Source of the DNA: an uncultured Acidobacteriota bacterium
GTDB taxonomy: Bacteria; Acidobacteriota; Thermoanaerobaculia; Multivoradales; UBA5704
Direction of reading: 5' to 3'
Length of the DNA: 64,000 nt
Assembly (NCBI GenBank): GCA_963770895.1
Contig: CAVYRF010000002.1
Span: 576,001 to 640,000 of the forward strand
Shown: positions 8,374 to 18,266 of the stretch, piece by piece
Numbering within the stretch: position 1 is the stretch's first letter
Layout: each line of letters starts with the position of its first letter
Made by a program: the position numbers and the translations under genes
The notes under the pieces: model-generated
What the model saw: only the letters and a program-made list of their open reading frames with translations
What the model was told of the DNA's origin: nothing
Databases searched by the model: none

Positions 8374-9530
8374 CCGGCAGCGGCGGCGACGGCCGTCACA
8401 TCGATCCGGCGCTGGGCACGCTCGGGGGCAGCGCGGGCGCGCAACAGCGCGTGGCGCCGGATCGCGACGACCCCGGCGGCCAGCACGGCCATGGCGGCAA
8501 CGCCGCCGCGCCGTCGTGGCTCCCCTGGGGCGAGCTGCCGTCCGACTCCTTTGCCGGCGAGCGGCCCACCTACTATGGGCGGCCGCTGCTCAAGGAAGCG
8601 GTCTGGATCTGGTCGATTCCGCTCTACTTCTACGTCGGCGGCACCGCCGGCGCCGCCGCGACGCTGGGCGCCGCGGCGCAGCTCGCCGGCGGCCCCGGCG
8701 CGCGGCCGCTGGTGCGGCGCTGCCGCTGGATCGCGGCGGCGGGGTGCGGTGCCAGCACGGTGCTGCTGATCCACGACCTGGGGCGCCCCGAGCGCTTTTT
8801 GAACATGCTGCGCGTGTTTCGCCCCACCTCGGCGATGAGCGTCGGCTCGTGGGTGCTGGCCGCCGCGGCTCCGGCAGCCATGGGATCGGCGGTGCTCTCC
8901 GGCTGCCGGCGCCCCTGGCTGCGCCGGCTGGGCGACGCGGCCGGCCTGGGCGCCGCGCTCTTCGGCATGCCCCTTGCCGGGTACACCAGCGTCCTGCTGG
9001 CTTCGACCGCGGTGCCGTTGTGGCAGGCGTCGCGCCGCAGCCTGCCGCCGCTGTTCATCGCCTCCGGCATGTCCGGCGCCGCGTCGCTGTTCGGCCTGAT
9101 GCCGCTGGCGCCGCGGGAAGAGCGCATCGTGCACCGCTTCGGCACCGCCGGCAAGATCGCGGACCTGGCCGCGATGGCGGCGGTCGAGCGCGACGCCGGG
9201 CGCGTCCCCCAGGTCGCCCGCCCCCTCCAGGAGGGCCTGTCGGGTACGCTGTGGAAGAGCGCCAAGGCGCTGACCGCCGCCAGCCTGGCGCTGTCGCTGC
9301 TCCCCCTGCCGCGCCGGCGCCGCCGCCTGACGCGCGCCCGCGACGTCGGCATCGGCCTGCTCGGCACCGCCGGCGCCGTCGCCCTGCGCTTCGCCGTCTT
9401 CCACGCCGGCAAGGCCTCGGCGCGCGACCCCCAGGCCACCTTCGACAACCAGCGCGCCGAGCTGCACGCGCAGCAACCGGCGTCCGCACCGCCGCCGGCG
9501 CCAGGCCCAGGCAGCAGCTCCAACCCCTGA
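8370..9530 (+). CDS. NrfD/PsrC-family membrane anchor subunit
   Basis: YYGRPLLK..VW.W.IP.Y, DLGRPERF.NML, TSAMSVGSW; multiple TM helices; ATGA overlap with fdnH. Confidence 0.82.
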   Translation: MTGSGGDGRHIDPALGTLGGSAGAQQRVAPDRDDPGGQHGHGGNAAAPSWLPWGELPSDSFAGERPTYYGRPLLKEAVWIWSIPLYFYVGGTAGAAATLGAAAQLAGGPGARPLVRRCRWIAAAGCGASTVLLIHDLGRPERFLNMLRVFRPTSAMSVGSWVLAAAAPAAMGSAVLSGCRRPWLRRLGDAAGLGAALFGMPLAGYTSVLLASTAVPLWQASRRSLPPLFIASGMSGAASLFGLMPLAPREERIVHRFGTAGKIADLAAMAAVERDAGRVPQVARPLQEGLSGTLWKSAKALTAASLALSLLPLPRRRRRLTRARDVGIGLLGTAGAVALRFAVFHAGKASARDPQATFDNQRAELHAQQPASAPPPAPGPGSSSNP

Positions 9531-9687
9531 TTCGGCGCTTCCCGGCGACGCGACAGCCTTGTTTGTTTCCCACAACCGGCCTTGCCCAGCCTGCCGCTTT
9601 TGCTTCGCGGAACCCGTCGAACCGCTTTGCCAGCCGGACCCGATCTGGCGCTGATCTTGCTTGTGCTTGCGCCCGCGGAGGACCTGC

Positions 9688-10614
9688 TTGCGGCGCTGGC
9701 GACAAATTTTCACCCGGACGATCCTGGCCTGGAACGATCATGACGCGACGACGCAGGGCGCCGCGCTGGCGTTCTACACCATCTTTTCGCTCGCGCCGCT
9801 GCTGATCCTGGTGGTGGCGCTGGCGGGGGCGGCGTTCGGCGCCGAAGCCGTGCGCGGCCAGATCGTGCTCGAGCTGCAGGAGCTGATGGGGCGCGACTCC
9901 GCCAGCTTCGTGCAGTCGATGCTGCGCACCGTCGCCAAGCCCACCGCCAACCGGCTGGCGGGCATCATCGGCATCGCCACCCTGGTCTTCGGCGCCTCGG
10001 GCGTCTTCGTGCAGCTGCAACAGTCGCTGAACCTGGTCTGGGACGTGGCACCGCGGCCCGGCGCCGTCTTCGCCACGCTGGTGCGCAAGCGCATGCTGTC
10101 GTTTGCCGTGGTGGTGGGGATCGGCTTCCTGCTGGTGGTGTCGCTCATCCTGTCCACACTCCTGGCGGCGCTCGGCGGCTACCTGGAAACGCGCTTCGCG
10201 CTGCCGGTCAGCTGGCTCCACATGTCCAACATCGCCCTGTCGTTCGTCGTCGTCACGCTGCTGTTCGGGCTCATCTACAAGCTGCTGCCCGACGTCGCGA
10301 TCGACTGGCGCGACGTGGTGGTGGGGTCGTTGGTGACCGCCGCCCTGTTCGAGATCGGCAAGAACCTGATCGGCATCTACCTGGGACGGTCCGGCGTCGG
10401 CTCGGCATACGGCGCCGCGGGGTCGCTCGTGGTGATCACCTCCTGGGTCTACTACTCGGCGCTGATCTTCCTCTTTGGCGCCGAGCTCACCCACGTGTAC
10501 TCGCTCGACCACCGCGCCCGCCATGGCGCTCCCGCCGCGCCGGTGGAGGCGGGAGCGACGACCCGTACGCCGGCTGCCGCCGGTGCCCCTGCCGTGGAGA
10601 CAACCGCGGATTGA
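9688..10614 (+). CDS. YihY/BrkB-family inner-membrane protein
   Basis: AALAFYTIFSLAP and YGAAGSLV..WVYYS..I.LFGAE motifs. TTG start after a GGAGG RBS is inferred. Confidence 0.85.
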   Translation: MRRWRQIFTRTILAWNDHDATTQGAALAFYTIFSLAPLLILVVALAGAAFGAEAVRGQIVLELQELMGRDSASFVQSMLRTVAKPTANRLAGIIGIATLVFGASGVFVQLQQSLNLVWDVAPRPGAVFATLVRKRMLSFAVVVGIGFLLVVSLILSTLLAALGGYLETRFALPVSWLHMSNIALSFVVVTLLFGLIYKLLPDVAIDWRDVVVGSLVTAALFEIGKNLIGIYLGRSGVGSAYGAAGSLVVITSWVYYSALIFLFGAELTHVYSLDHRARHGAPAAPVEAGATTRTPAAAGAPAVETTAD

Positions 10615-12431
10615 ACGGCGACGGCGCGTCCTTCTCGCAGCGGCGCCGCGCGCCGCGCCGCGCGGCGGCATGGCTGCTGTCCACCGGCCTGGCGGCGATC
10701 ACGGCGATCACGTTGAGCGCGGCGGCAGCGCCGCTCTACGCCGCCGAGTCGCTGCGCGTCGAAGTGGACGGGATCAAGGGCGACCTCAAGAAAAACGTCA
10801 TGGCCACCCTTTCGATCGAAGCCCAGCGCAAGGACAAGGACCTGGACGAATCGCAGATCGAACGCCTGCACGGCAAGGCGCCGGCGGAGATCTCGCAGGC
10901 GTTGCAGCCCTTCGGCTACTACCGCTCCCTGGTCGACGCGTCGCTCGGCCACGACGGCGCCACCTGGGTGGCGCGCTATAAGGTGGACCCCGGGCCGCAG
11001 CTCAAGATCAACGCCCTGGACGTGCAGGTGCTGGGCGCGGGAGCGAGCGACGCGCATTTCGAGCGCCTGGCGCGCGATTTCCCGCTGCACCAGGGCGACC
11101 CGGTTTTGCAGCTGCAGTACGAGTCGGGCAAGAAAGCCTTTGACGACTACGCCGCCGGTCACGGCTACCTGGACGGCAAGTTTGCGGTCAACCAGATCCG
11201 CATCGACCTGGCCGCCTACACCGCGGACGTCGTCGTCCATTACGACAGCGGCCCGCAGTACAAGTACGGTCCGGTGCGCTTCCACCAGAGCTTCCTGCGG
11301 CCGCGCCTGGTCGAAGGCTTCGTGCGCTTCAAGCAGGGCGAGCCGATCTCGGCGGCGCAGCTGCTCCAACTGCAGCAGGCGCTGGCCGACACCAACTATT
11401 TTCAGCGCGTCGAAGTGGTGCCGCAGCGCGCCGAGGCGCAGGGCCTGGAAGTGCCGATCGACGTCAACCTGACGCCGTCGCGGCCGGAGAAGTGGACCGC
11501 CGGCGCCGGCTACGGCACCGACACCGGACCGCGCGGCACCGTCGGCCTGGAGCTGCGCGACATCAACGAATACGGCCACCGCTTCACCTCCGAAGCCGAC
11601 GTGTCGGCGATCAACAAGAGCTTCCGCGCCGACTACCTGATCCCCGACGTCCGCACGCGCACCGACATGCTGGACTTCACCGTCGCCTACGCCGACCTCA
11701 CGCCGGCGACCAGCAAGAGCCTGAACCTGCTCGCCGGCCCCAGCTACAGCAGCCTGCTCGGCCGCTGGCACCAGGTGATCTCGCTCGACTACCAGCGGGA
11801 GAGCTACACCGTCGGCCCGCAGAGCGGCCTTTCCGACCTGGTCATCCCGCAGATCACCTGGTCGCGCGTGTTCGGCAACGACCGCCTCTATCCGACGCGC
11901 GGCGAAAGCTACAACTTCGTCGTCCGCGGCGGCGACAAGGCCCTGCTGTCCGACGACAACTTCGCGCAGGCCCAGGCCACCGCCAAGTTCATCCAGAGCT
12001 TCGGCCAAAAGAAAGTGTTTCGCCTGATCACCCGCGCCACCATCGGCTCGACCTGGACCAGCGACTTCAGCCACCTGCCGCCCAGCGAGCGCTTCTTTGC
12101 CGGCGGCGACCAGAGCGTGCGCGGCTACGGCTTCGAAGGCATCGGCGCCCTCGAAGACGGGCAGGTCATCGGCGGCACCGACCTGCTGGTGGGCAGCGTC
12201 GAGCTGCAATATCGCCTGGCGCGGTGGCAGGCGCTGCAAAAGTTCGGCGTCGCGACGTTTTTCGACGCCGGCGGCGCCGGCTTCTCCTTCGGCGGCGAGC
12301 TCAAGGAGGGCACCGGCCTGGGCATCTTCTGGATCTCGCCGATCGGCCCGGTGCGCGTCTACGTGGCGACCGCGCTCAGCATCCCAGGTCACCCGCTGCG
12401 CCTCCACCTCACCATAGGTCCAGATCTATGA
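10611..12431 (+). CDS. tamA: translocation and assembly module outer-membrane subunit TamA (Omp85 family)
   Basis: Signal peptide, POTRA-type region, GYGTDTG, FFAGGDQSVRGY, SPIGPV and terminal IGPDL. Confidence 0.9.
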   Translation: MNGDGASFSQRRRAPRRAAAWLLSTGLAAITAITLSAAAAPLYAAESLRVEVDGIKGDLKKNVMATLSIEAQRKDKDLDESQIERLHGKAPAEISQALQPFGYYRSLVDASLGHDGATWVARYKVDPGPQLKINALDVQVLGAGASDAHFERLARDFPLHQGDPVLQLQYESGKKAFDDYAAGHGYLDGKFAVNQIRIDLAAYTADVVVHYDSGPQYKYGPVRFHQSFLRPRLVEGFVRFKQGEPISAAQLLQLQQALADTNYFQRVEVVPQRAEAQGLEVPIDVNLTPSRPEKWTAGAGYGTDTGPRGTVGLELRDINEYGHRFTSEADVSAINKSFRADYLIPDVRTRTDMLDFTVAYADLTPATSKSLNLLAGPSYSSLLGRWHQVISLDYQRESYTVGPQSGLSDLVIPQITWSRVFGNDRLYPTRGESYNFVVRGGDKALLSDDNFAQAQATAKFIQSFGQKKVFRLITRATIGSTWTSDFSHLPPSERFFAGGDQSVRGYGFEGIGALEDGQVIGGTDLLVGSVELQYRLARWQALQKFGVATFFDAGGAGFSFGGELKEGTGLGIFWISPIGPVRVYVATALSIPGHPLRLHLTIGPDL

Positions 12432-15400
12432 ACGCCGGACGCCTGTTCCGCCGCCTCGGCCGCATCGCCCTGTGGGTCGCCGCCAGCCTGGCCGGCCTGG
12501 TGGTGCTGCTCGGCATCGCCCTGGCATTTCTGATCGGCACCCAAAGCGGCACCCGCTTTCTCTTCGGCAGGCTGGGCGCGCTCATGCCGGGAAGCTTCCA
12601 GGTGCGCACGGTCACCGGCCGCATCGACAGCCCGCTCACCCTGGAGGGCCTGGTCTACAAACGGCCGACCCTGCAGGTGACGATCGACCGCCTCTACCTG
12701 GAGTGGAACCTCAAGGCCTTGCTGCAACGGCGCCTGGACATCGGCCGCCTGTACGCCGACGGCATCCAGGTGGTGTCGACGCCGGCCCCCAGCCAGCAGC
12801 CCACCCAGCTGCCCGACCTGGACCTGCACTTCAACATCATCGTCCGCGACGCCCGCGTGCGCGGCCTGCGCATCGGCGGCGACGCCGGCGCGGCCGGCGG
12901 CGGCAGCGGTGGGAGCGGCAGCGCCGCGGGCAGCGGAGCCGCGGGCGGGCTGCCACCGATCGACGAGATCGACCTCAAGACCACCGACATCCAAAACCAC
13001 GTCCGCGTGGATCTGCTGTCGGTGCGCTCGGCCCTGCTGGACGCCAACGTCACCGGCACCGTCCAGCCGCAAGGCGATTATCCGGTCGACCTCACCATGC
13101 GCTACACCGTGCGGCCGCCGGCATCGCCGGCACCTGCCACGCCGGTCGCGCCGGCGGGCGCGCCGAAGGCCGCCGGAACGACGGCGGCGGGAGCGAAGGC
13201 CGGCGCGACGGCGACGGGGGCTCCTGGAGCCGCAGCGCCGGCGCCGCTGCCGGCGCTGCCGGCGATCGTCGGCTCCGGCACCCTCACCGGCACCCTGGCG
13301 TCGCTGCACGTCCAGCAGGTGCTGACGGCGCCCTTTGCGGCGCGCTTGCAGGCGGTGCTCGACCAGCCGATGCGCACGCTGCGCTTCGACGGCCAGCTGG
13401 CGTTCAAGGACGTCAACCCGCGGCGCCTGCGGCCCGACCTGCCCGACCTGCCCGCATCGGGAACGGTGGCGGCGCGCGGCACCGTGGACCGCTTCGACAG
13501 CTGGGGCGCCATCGACGGCGCCATGGACCCCGTGGGCCGCTTCCACCTGGACTTCCAGGCGTCCCGCGTGCCGCCAGCCCACACCGGCGACGCCTGGCAG
13601 GTGCAAAAGGCCCAGCTCACCCTGCCCGGCACACCGCTGCAGCTGGCGCTCAGCGGCAAGGTCGAGCTGCCCGCGCCCCCCGCCCAGACCGCAGCCGCGC
13701 CGGCAGCGCCGGCAAAGACCGCGACCCTCGTGGACGCCGACCTGCATGCCACCTGGCGCAACCTGGCCTGGCCGCCGCGCGGCACGGCGTCCTTTGCCAG
13801 CCCCAGCGGCGACGCGCACGTGACCGCGCACATGGGATCGGCAAGCGCGCTGAGCAGCGAGGGCAGCGTGCGGGCGGTGATCGCGTCCGTGGGGCCGCTG
13901 GCCGTCGACTACAAGGTGAGCCAGAACGGCGCCGACTGGCACCTGGAGAAGGTGGAGGTGGCGCTGACCAACACCGCGTCGCACCTTGCCGCCTCCGGGC
14001 AGGTCACCCAGCGCGGCCAGACCTTCGACGTCAACGCGGCGCTCAACTGGCGCGATCTCGCCTGGCCGCTCGCCGGCCCGCCGCAGGTCAAGAGCGCACA
14101 GGGCCAGGCGCGCATCGCCGGCACCCTGGACGACTTCAAGCTCCAGGTCGACGCCGCCCTGGCCGCCGGCGCCGGCGCCGCGGGCACCCTCGGCATGGCC
14201 GGCACCGCGCCGGCGGCAAAGCCGGCGAGCGCCGGTGCGACCAGCACAGCGGCTACAACCACCGCCGCGAACACCTCGCCAGCCGCGGTAAAGGCGCCGG
14301 CGACGACAAACGGCGCCAGTCCAGCGGCGGTCCCGGCGGCATTGCCGGCGGGGCGGTTTTCGCTCTCCGGCAACGGCAGCCGCAACCAGTTTCACATTGC
14401 CAGCCTGGCGGCGGACGTGCTGCAGGGGCACCTGCAAGGGCATGGCGACGTGGCGTGGAGCCCGCAACTGACCTGGAACCTGACGCTCAACGGGCAGGGG
14501 ATCGATCCGGCGGCGATCCGGCCTGATTTTCCCGGCCACCTCAACTTTGCCGTCGCGACGCGCGGCGAAAGCGGCGGCGGCGGGTTGAACGGCACGGTCA
14601 ACCTGCCGCAGCTGTCGGGGACGCTGCGCGACCAGCCGATCTCGGCCAACGTCGCGCTGGGCATCGCCGGGCCCACGTACAACCTGTCGCGCTGCGAGGC
14701 CAGCTGGGGGACGACGCGGGTGCAGGCGTCGGGGCGCATCGGCGATCGCCTGGACCTGGGGTTCGACGTGTCGACAACCAACCTGGGCCTGCTGCTGCAA
14801 GGCGCCACCGGCACGGTCAGCGCCCAGGGGCACGTGTCGGGGCCGATGAAGACGCCGCGCGTCGCGGCGACGGTCAACGCGCACGGTCTGCGCTACGGCA
14901 CCCAGGGGGTCGGCTCGGCGAACCTGCGCGCCGACGTCGACCTGGCGCCGGCCGGCCCCTTCCAGGTCGACCTGGACCTGCACCAGCTGAATGCCGGCGG
15001 CCAGCTGGTCAACCTGGCGACGCTGGCCAGCCGCGGCACCACCGCCAACCACACCCTGACGCTTGCGGCGACCGGGCTTGGCGACAGCAAGGACGCGCAC
15101 CTGGACCTGGGCCTGGCCGGCGGCGTCAGCGGCGCGCTGGGCGCGGATTCGGTGTGGCACGGCCAGATCACCCGCCTGGACGTGCGCTCGTCGCCGGTCG
15201 GCGATTGGGGCCTGCAACAGGCGGCGGCGCTCACCGCCGGCGCCAAGACGATCGAGCTGCGCGACCTCTGCTGGGCCAACACCGGCAAGCCCGCCGGGCC
15301 GACGGCCAGAGCCGGGAGCGGCGCCGGCGGCCGCCTGTGCGCCAGCGCCGCCTGGTCGCAGGCCGGCCCCTGGGCTGGCGACCTGACGGTCACCGCGGTG

Positions 15401-17023
15401 CCGCTCAACCTGTTCAAGCCGTTCCTGCCGGCGGACCTGACGATCACCGGCGACATCAACGGCACCGCCACGGCGCACGGCGGCAGCAAGGGCATCGCCG
15501 CCGCCAACGTCGACCTGTCGCCGGGACCGGGGACGCTCAGCTTCCCGGCCGACAACGGCAAGACGGCCGAGGTGCGCTTCGACCGCGCCACGCTGCGCGC
15601 CCAGGCCGGGCCGGCGGGCGGCGACGCCGACGCGGCGCTTTCGATCGCCGATGCCGGCACCTTCGAAGCCAAGCTCACGCTGCCGCGCCTGACCCAGGGC
15701 ATCGTGCTCAAGGATCAGCCGCTGGCCGGCACGATCACCGCCAACTTCAAAAATCTTGCGTTTGTCGAAGCCTTCGTGCCCACGGTGCGCAAGCTGACCG
15801 GCGGCCTGCTCGCCAACCTGCGGCTGGCCGGCACCGCCGGCGCGCCGCGCGTCGCGGGCGACGCTCACCTGCAAGGCGTCACCGCGCAGATCCCGATCCT
15901 GGGGCTGGACGTCAAGGACGTCCAGCTGAGCGCCACCGGCGACGGCGGCGGCCTGCTCAAGATCGCCGGCAGCGCCAGGTCCGGATCGGGGTCGGTGCAG
16001 CTGGCAGGCACCGCCGGGCTCATGCCCAGCGCGGCGACGCCGATCAAGCTGGAGCTGACCGGCTCGCGGTTCCAGGCGATGAACACCAAGGAGATCCAGA
16101 TCCTGGTGTCGCCCAAGCTGGACCTGGCCTACGACGGGACGTCGGCGCGGGTGACCGGCGACGTGACGATCCCGCAGGCGCTGTTTCACATCGAAAAGGT
16201 TGCCAAGGGCGGCCCGATCGTGCCGTCCAAGGACGTGGTGTTCGTCGGCGGCATGCAGCCGCAGGCCGAGCAGCAGGCGGCATCGCCCCTGAAGCTGCAC
16301 GCCCGCATCCGCCTGGTGCTGCCCAACCCGTCGGTCGAGCTGGACACCTTCGGCCTCAAGGGCCAGCCCTACGGCGAGCTGCTCATCGTCGAAGAGCCCG
16401 GCCGCGACACCAGCGGCAGCGGCGAGCTGGACATCGCCAAGGGCGGCACCTTCCAGGCCTACGGCCAGAACCTGACGATCGAGCGCGGGCGGCTGATCTT
16501 CGGCGGCCCGATCGCCAATCCGGGCCTGGACATCCGCGCCTCGCGCCTGTCGGACGACCAGACCGTCACCGCCGGCATCGAGGCCAAGGGGACGCTCGGC
16601 AAGCCCGAGATCACCGTCTGGTCGACTCCCACCATGGGCGAAAGCGACGCGCTCGCCTACGTCGTCCTTGGCCACGGCCTGAGCACCGCCTCGTCGCAGG
16701 AGGGCAACCGCGTCGCCAACGCCGCCCAATCGCTGGGCCTGGCCGGCGCCGGCATGCTGGCCAACAACATCGCGTCGCGCTTCGGCCTGGAGGAGGCGTC
16801 GATCAGCTCGAGCGGCGGCCTGGACCAAGCCTCGCTGATGCTCGGCAAGTACCTGGCCCCCCACCTCTACGTGGTCTACGGCATCGGCCTGTTCCAGCCG
16901 GTCAGCACCTTCCGCGTGCGCTACATCATCAGCAGCAAGTGGACCCTGCAGGCCGAAAGCAGCACGGAAACCGGCGCCGACATGCTCTACACCCTGGAGC
17001 GCGGCCGCATCAAACGCCACTGA
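12428..17023 (+). CDS. tamB: translocation and assembly module subunit TamB
   Basis: ~1530 aa, N-terminal TM anchor, beta-rich repeats, C-terminal AYGQNLTIERG..F.G...NPGLD and GKYL; follows tamA. Confidence 0.88.
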   Translation: MNAGRLFRRLGRIALWVAASLAGLVVLLGIALAFLIGTQSGTRFLFGRLGALMPGSFQVRTVTGRIDSPLTLEGLVYKRPTLQVTIDRLYLEWNLKALLQRRLDIGRLYADGIQVVSTPAPSQQPTQLPDLDLHFNIIVRDARVRGLRIGGDAGAAGGGSGGSGSAAGSGAAGGLPPIDEIDLKTTDIQNHVRVDLLSVRSALLDANVTGTVQPQGDYPVDLTMRYTVRPPASPAPATPVAPAGAPKAAGTTAAGAKAGATATGAPGAAAPAPLPALPAIVGSGTLTGTLASLHVQQVLTAPFAARLQAVLDQPMRTLRFDGQLAFKDVNPRRLRPDLPDLPASGTVAARGTVDRFDSWGAIDGAMDPVGRFHLDFQASRVPPAHTGDAWQVQKAQLTLPGTPLQLALSGKVELPAPPAQTAAAPAAPAKTATLVDADLHATWRNLAWPPRGTASFASPSGDAHVTAHMGSASALSSEGSVRAVIASVGPLAVDYKVSQNGADWHLEKVEVALTNTASHLAASGQVTQRGQTFDVNAALNWRDLAWPLAGPPQVKSAQGQARIAGTLDDFKLQVDAALAAGAGAAGTLGMAGTAPAAKPASAGATSTAATTTAANTSPAAVKAPATTNGASPAAVPAALPAGRFSLSGNGSRNQFHIASLAADVLQGHLQGHGDVAWSPQLTWNLTLNGQGIDPAAIRPDFPGHLNFAVATRGESGGGGLNGTVNLPQLSGTLRDQPISANVALGIAGPTYNLSRCEASWGTTRVQASGRIGDRLDLGFDVSTTNLGLLLQGATGTVSAQGHVSGPMKTPRVAATVNAHGLRYGTQGVGSANLRADVDLAPAGPFQVDLDLHQLNAGGQLVNLATLASRGTTANHTLTLAATGLGDSKDAHLDLGLAGGVSGALGADSVWHGQITRLDVRSSPVGDWGLQQAAALTAGAKTIELRDLCWANTGKPAGPTARAGSGAGGRLCASAAWSQAGPWAGDLTVTAVPLNLFKPFLPADLTITGDINGTATAHGGSKGIAAANVDLSPGPGTLSFPADNGKTAEVRFDRATLRAQAGPAGGDADAALSIADAGTFEAKLTLPRLTQGIVLKDQPLAGTITANFKNLAFVEAFVPTVRKLTGGLLANLRLAGTAGAPRVAGDAHLQGVTAQIPILGLDVKDVQLSATGDGGGLLKIAGSARSGSGSVQLAGTAGLMPSAATPIKLELTGSRFQAMNTKEIQILVSPKLDLAYDGTSARVTGDVTIPQALFHIEKVAKGGPIVPSKDVVFVGGMQPQAEQQAASPLKLHARIRLVLPNPSVELDTFGLKGQPYGELLIVEEPGRDTSGSGELDIAKGGTFQAYGQNLTIERGRLIFGGPIANPGLDIRASRLSDDQTVTAGIEAKGTLGKPEITVWSTPTMGESDALAYVVLGHGLSTASSQEGNRVANAAQSLGLAGAGMLANNIASRFGLEEASISSSGGLDQASLMLGKYLAPHLYVVYGIGLFQPVSTFRVRYIISSKWTLQAESSTETGADMLYTLERGRIKRH

Positions 17024-17043
17024 CCGGCGGGCCGGCGGGCGGT

Positions 17044-18195
17044 TCAGCGGCGGCCCGCGGCACCCTTGGCGCTGCCCGCCGCCGCACTCTTCGCCGCCTG
17101 CGCCGGCCGCGCCGTCCCCAGCTCGCCCAGCCAGGTCTTGATCGCGGAGTCCATGCGCCGGCGGTCGCGGTGCCGGGCGACGGCGATCGCCACCAGGCGG
17201 TCGACCAGCTGCGGCAGCGGCAGCCCCGAAAGCGCCCACAGGCGCGGATACATCGAGATCGCGGTGAAACCGGGCAGGGTGTTGATCTCGTTGAGGTACA
17301 GATCCGCTTCGCCTTCGAGGAAGAAATCCACCCGCGCCAGGCCGGCGCCGCCGATGGCGACAAACGCGTCGGCGGCCAGGCGGCGCAGGCGGTCGGCGAC
17401 GGCGGCGGGCAGGTCGGCGGGTGCCACCAGCCGGGCGGTGTCCTGCAGGTATTTGTCGGCGTAGTCGTAGAAGGCGTTGCCGGCGACGATCTCACCCACC
17501 GCCGAAGCCTGGATCTGCTCGTAGCCGAGCACCGCGCACTCCAGCTCGCGGCCGGCGGCGGCGCGCTCGACCAGCACGGCGTCGTCGAAGCGCAGGGCGA
17601 AACGCACCGCGTCTTCCAGCCCGTCGCGCTCGTCGACGCGGCGGATGCCGACGCTGGAGCCGCCGTTGCGCGGCTTGACGAAGAGCGGCAGCGGCAGCTG
17701 CTCCAGCCGCCGCAACGCTTCCTGCGGCGCCGCCTGCCAGGCGGCGCGGCCGATCGTCTGGCAGGGCAACACCGGCACCCCCGCCGCGGCGACCAGCTGC
17801 TTGGTCAGCGCCTTGTCCATGGCGGCGGCGCTGGCGGCGACGCCGGGGCCGACATAGGGGAGATCGAGCATTTCGCACAGCCCCTGGAGCGAGCCGTCTT
17901 CGCCCCAGCTGCCGTGCACGATCGGGAAGACCACGTCGACGCCGGCGTCGAGCAGCACGGCAAGGGTCGGCGCGACCGGCACCCCCAGCGGCGGGATGGC
18001 GCGCGCGTCGCCGTCGAGCACCGCAGCCGCCGCCGCGCAATCGATCCAGCATCCGTCCTGGGAGATGCCGAGCGGCGTCACCTGGTGGCCGGCCTCGCGC
18101 AGGCCGCGCGCCACCGTGCGCGCCGAGGCGATCGATACCTGGTGTTCGACGCTCCTGCCGCCAAACACCACTCCCACCTGGAGCGCCTTGGTCAT
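17044..18195 (-). CDS. ddl: D-alanine--D-alanine ligase
   Basis: FGGRSVEHQVS, HGSWGEDG, MDK, KPRNGGSSVG, FYDYADKY, NEINTLPG. Confidence 0.95.
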   Translation of the reverse strand: MTKALQVGVVFGGRSVEHQVSIASARTVARGLREAGHQVTPLGISQDGCWIDCAAAAAVLDGDARAIPPLGVPVAPTLAVLLDAGVDVVFPIVHGSWGEDGSLQGLCEMLDLPYVGPGVAASAAAMDKALTKQLVAAAGVPVLPCQTIGRAAWQAAPQEALRRLEQLPLPLFVKPRNGGSSVGIRRVDERDGLEDAVRFALRFDDAVLVERAAAGRELECAVLGYEQIQASAVGEIVAGNAFYDYADKYLQDTARLVAPADLPAAVADRLRRLAADAFVAIGGAGLARVDFFLEGEADLYLNEINTLPGFTAISMYPRLWALSGLPLPQLVDRLVAIAVARHRDRRRMDSAIKTWLGELGTARPAQAAKSAAAGSAKGAAGRR

Positions 18196-18266
18196 GAGAC
18201 GCCCATTCTAACCCGGCTACGACCGCCGCCGGCACGAGTGCCGGCCTGGGGGGCCGGGGCCGCGCC

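Noticed and set aside
12389-17239. Very long antisense and alternative-frame ORFs (for example 1616 aa here, 42114-44927, 53724-56513)
   Set aside because: Shadow ORFs expected at very high GC: Arg/Ala/Gly/Pro-rich, no motifs, and overlapping well-supported genes.
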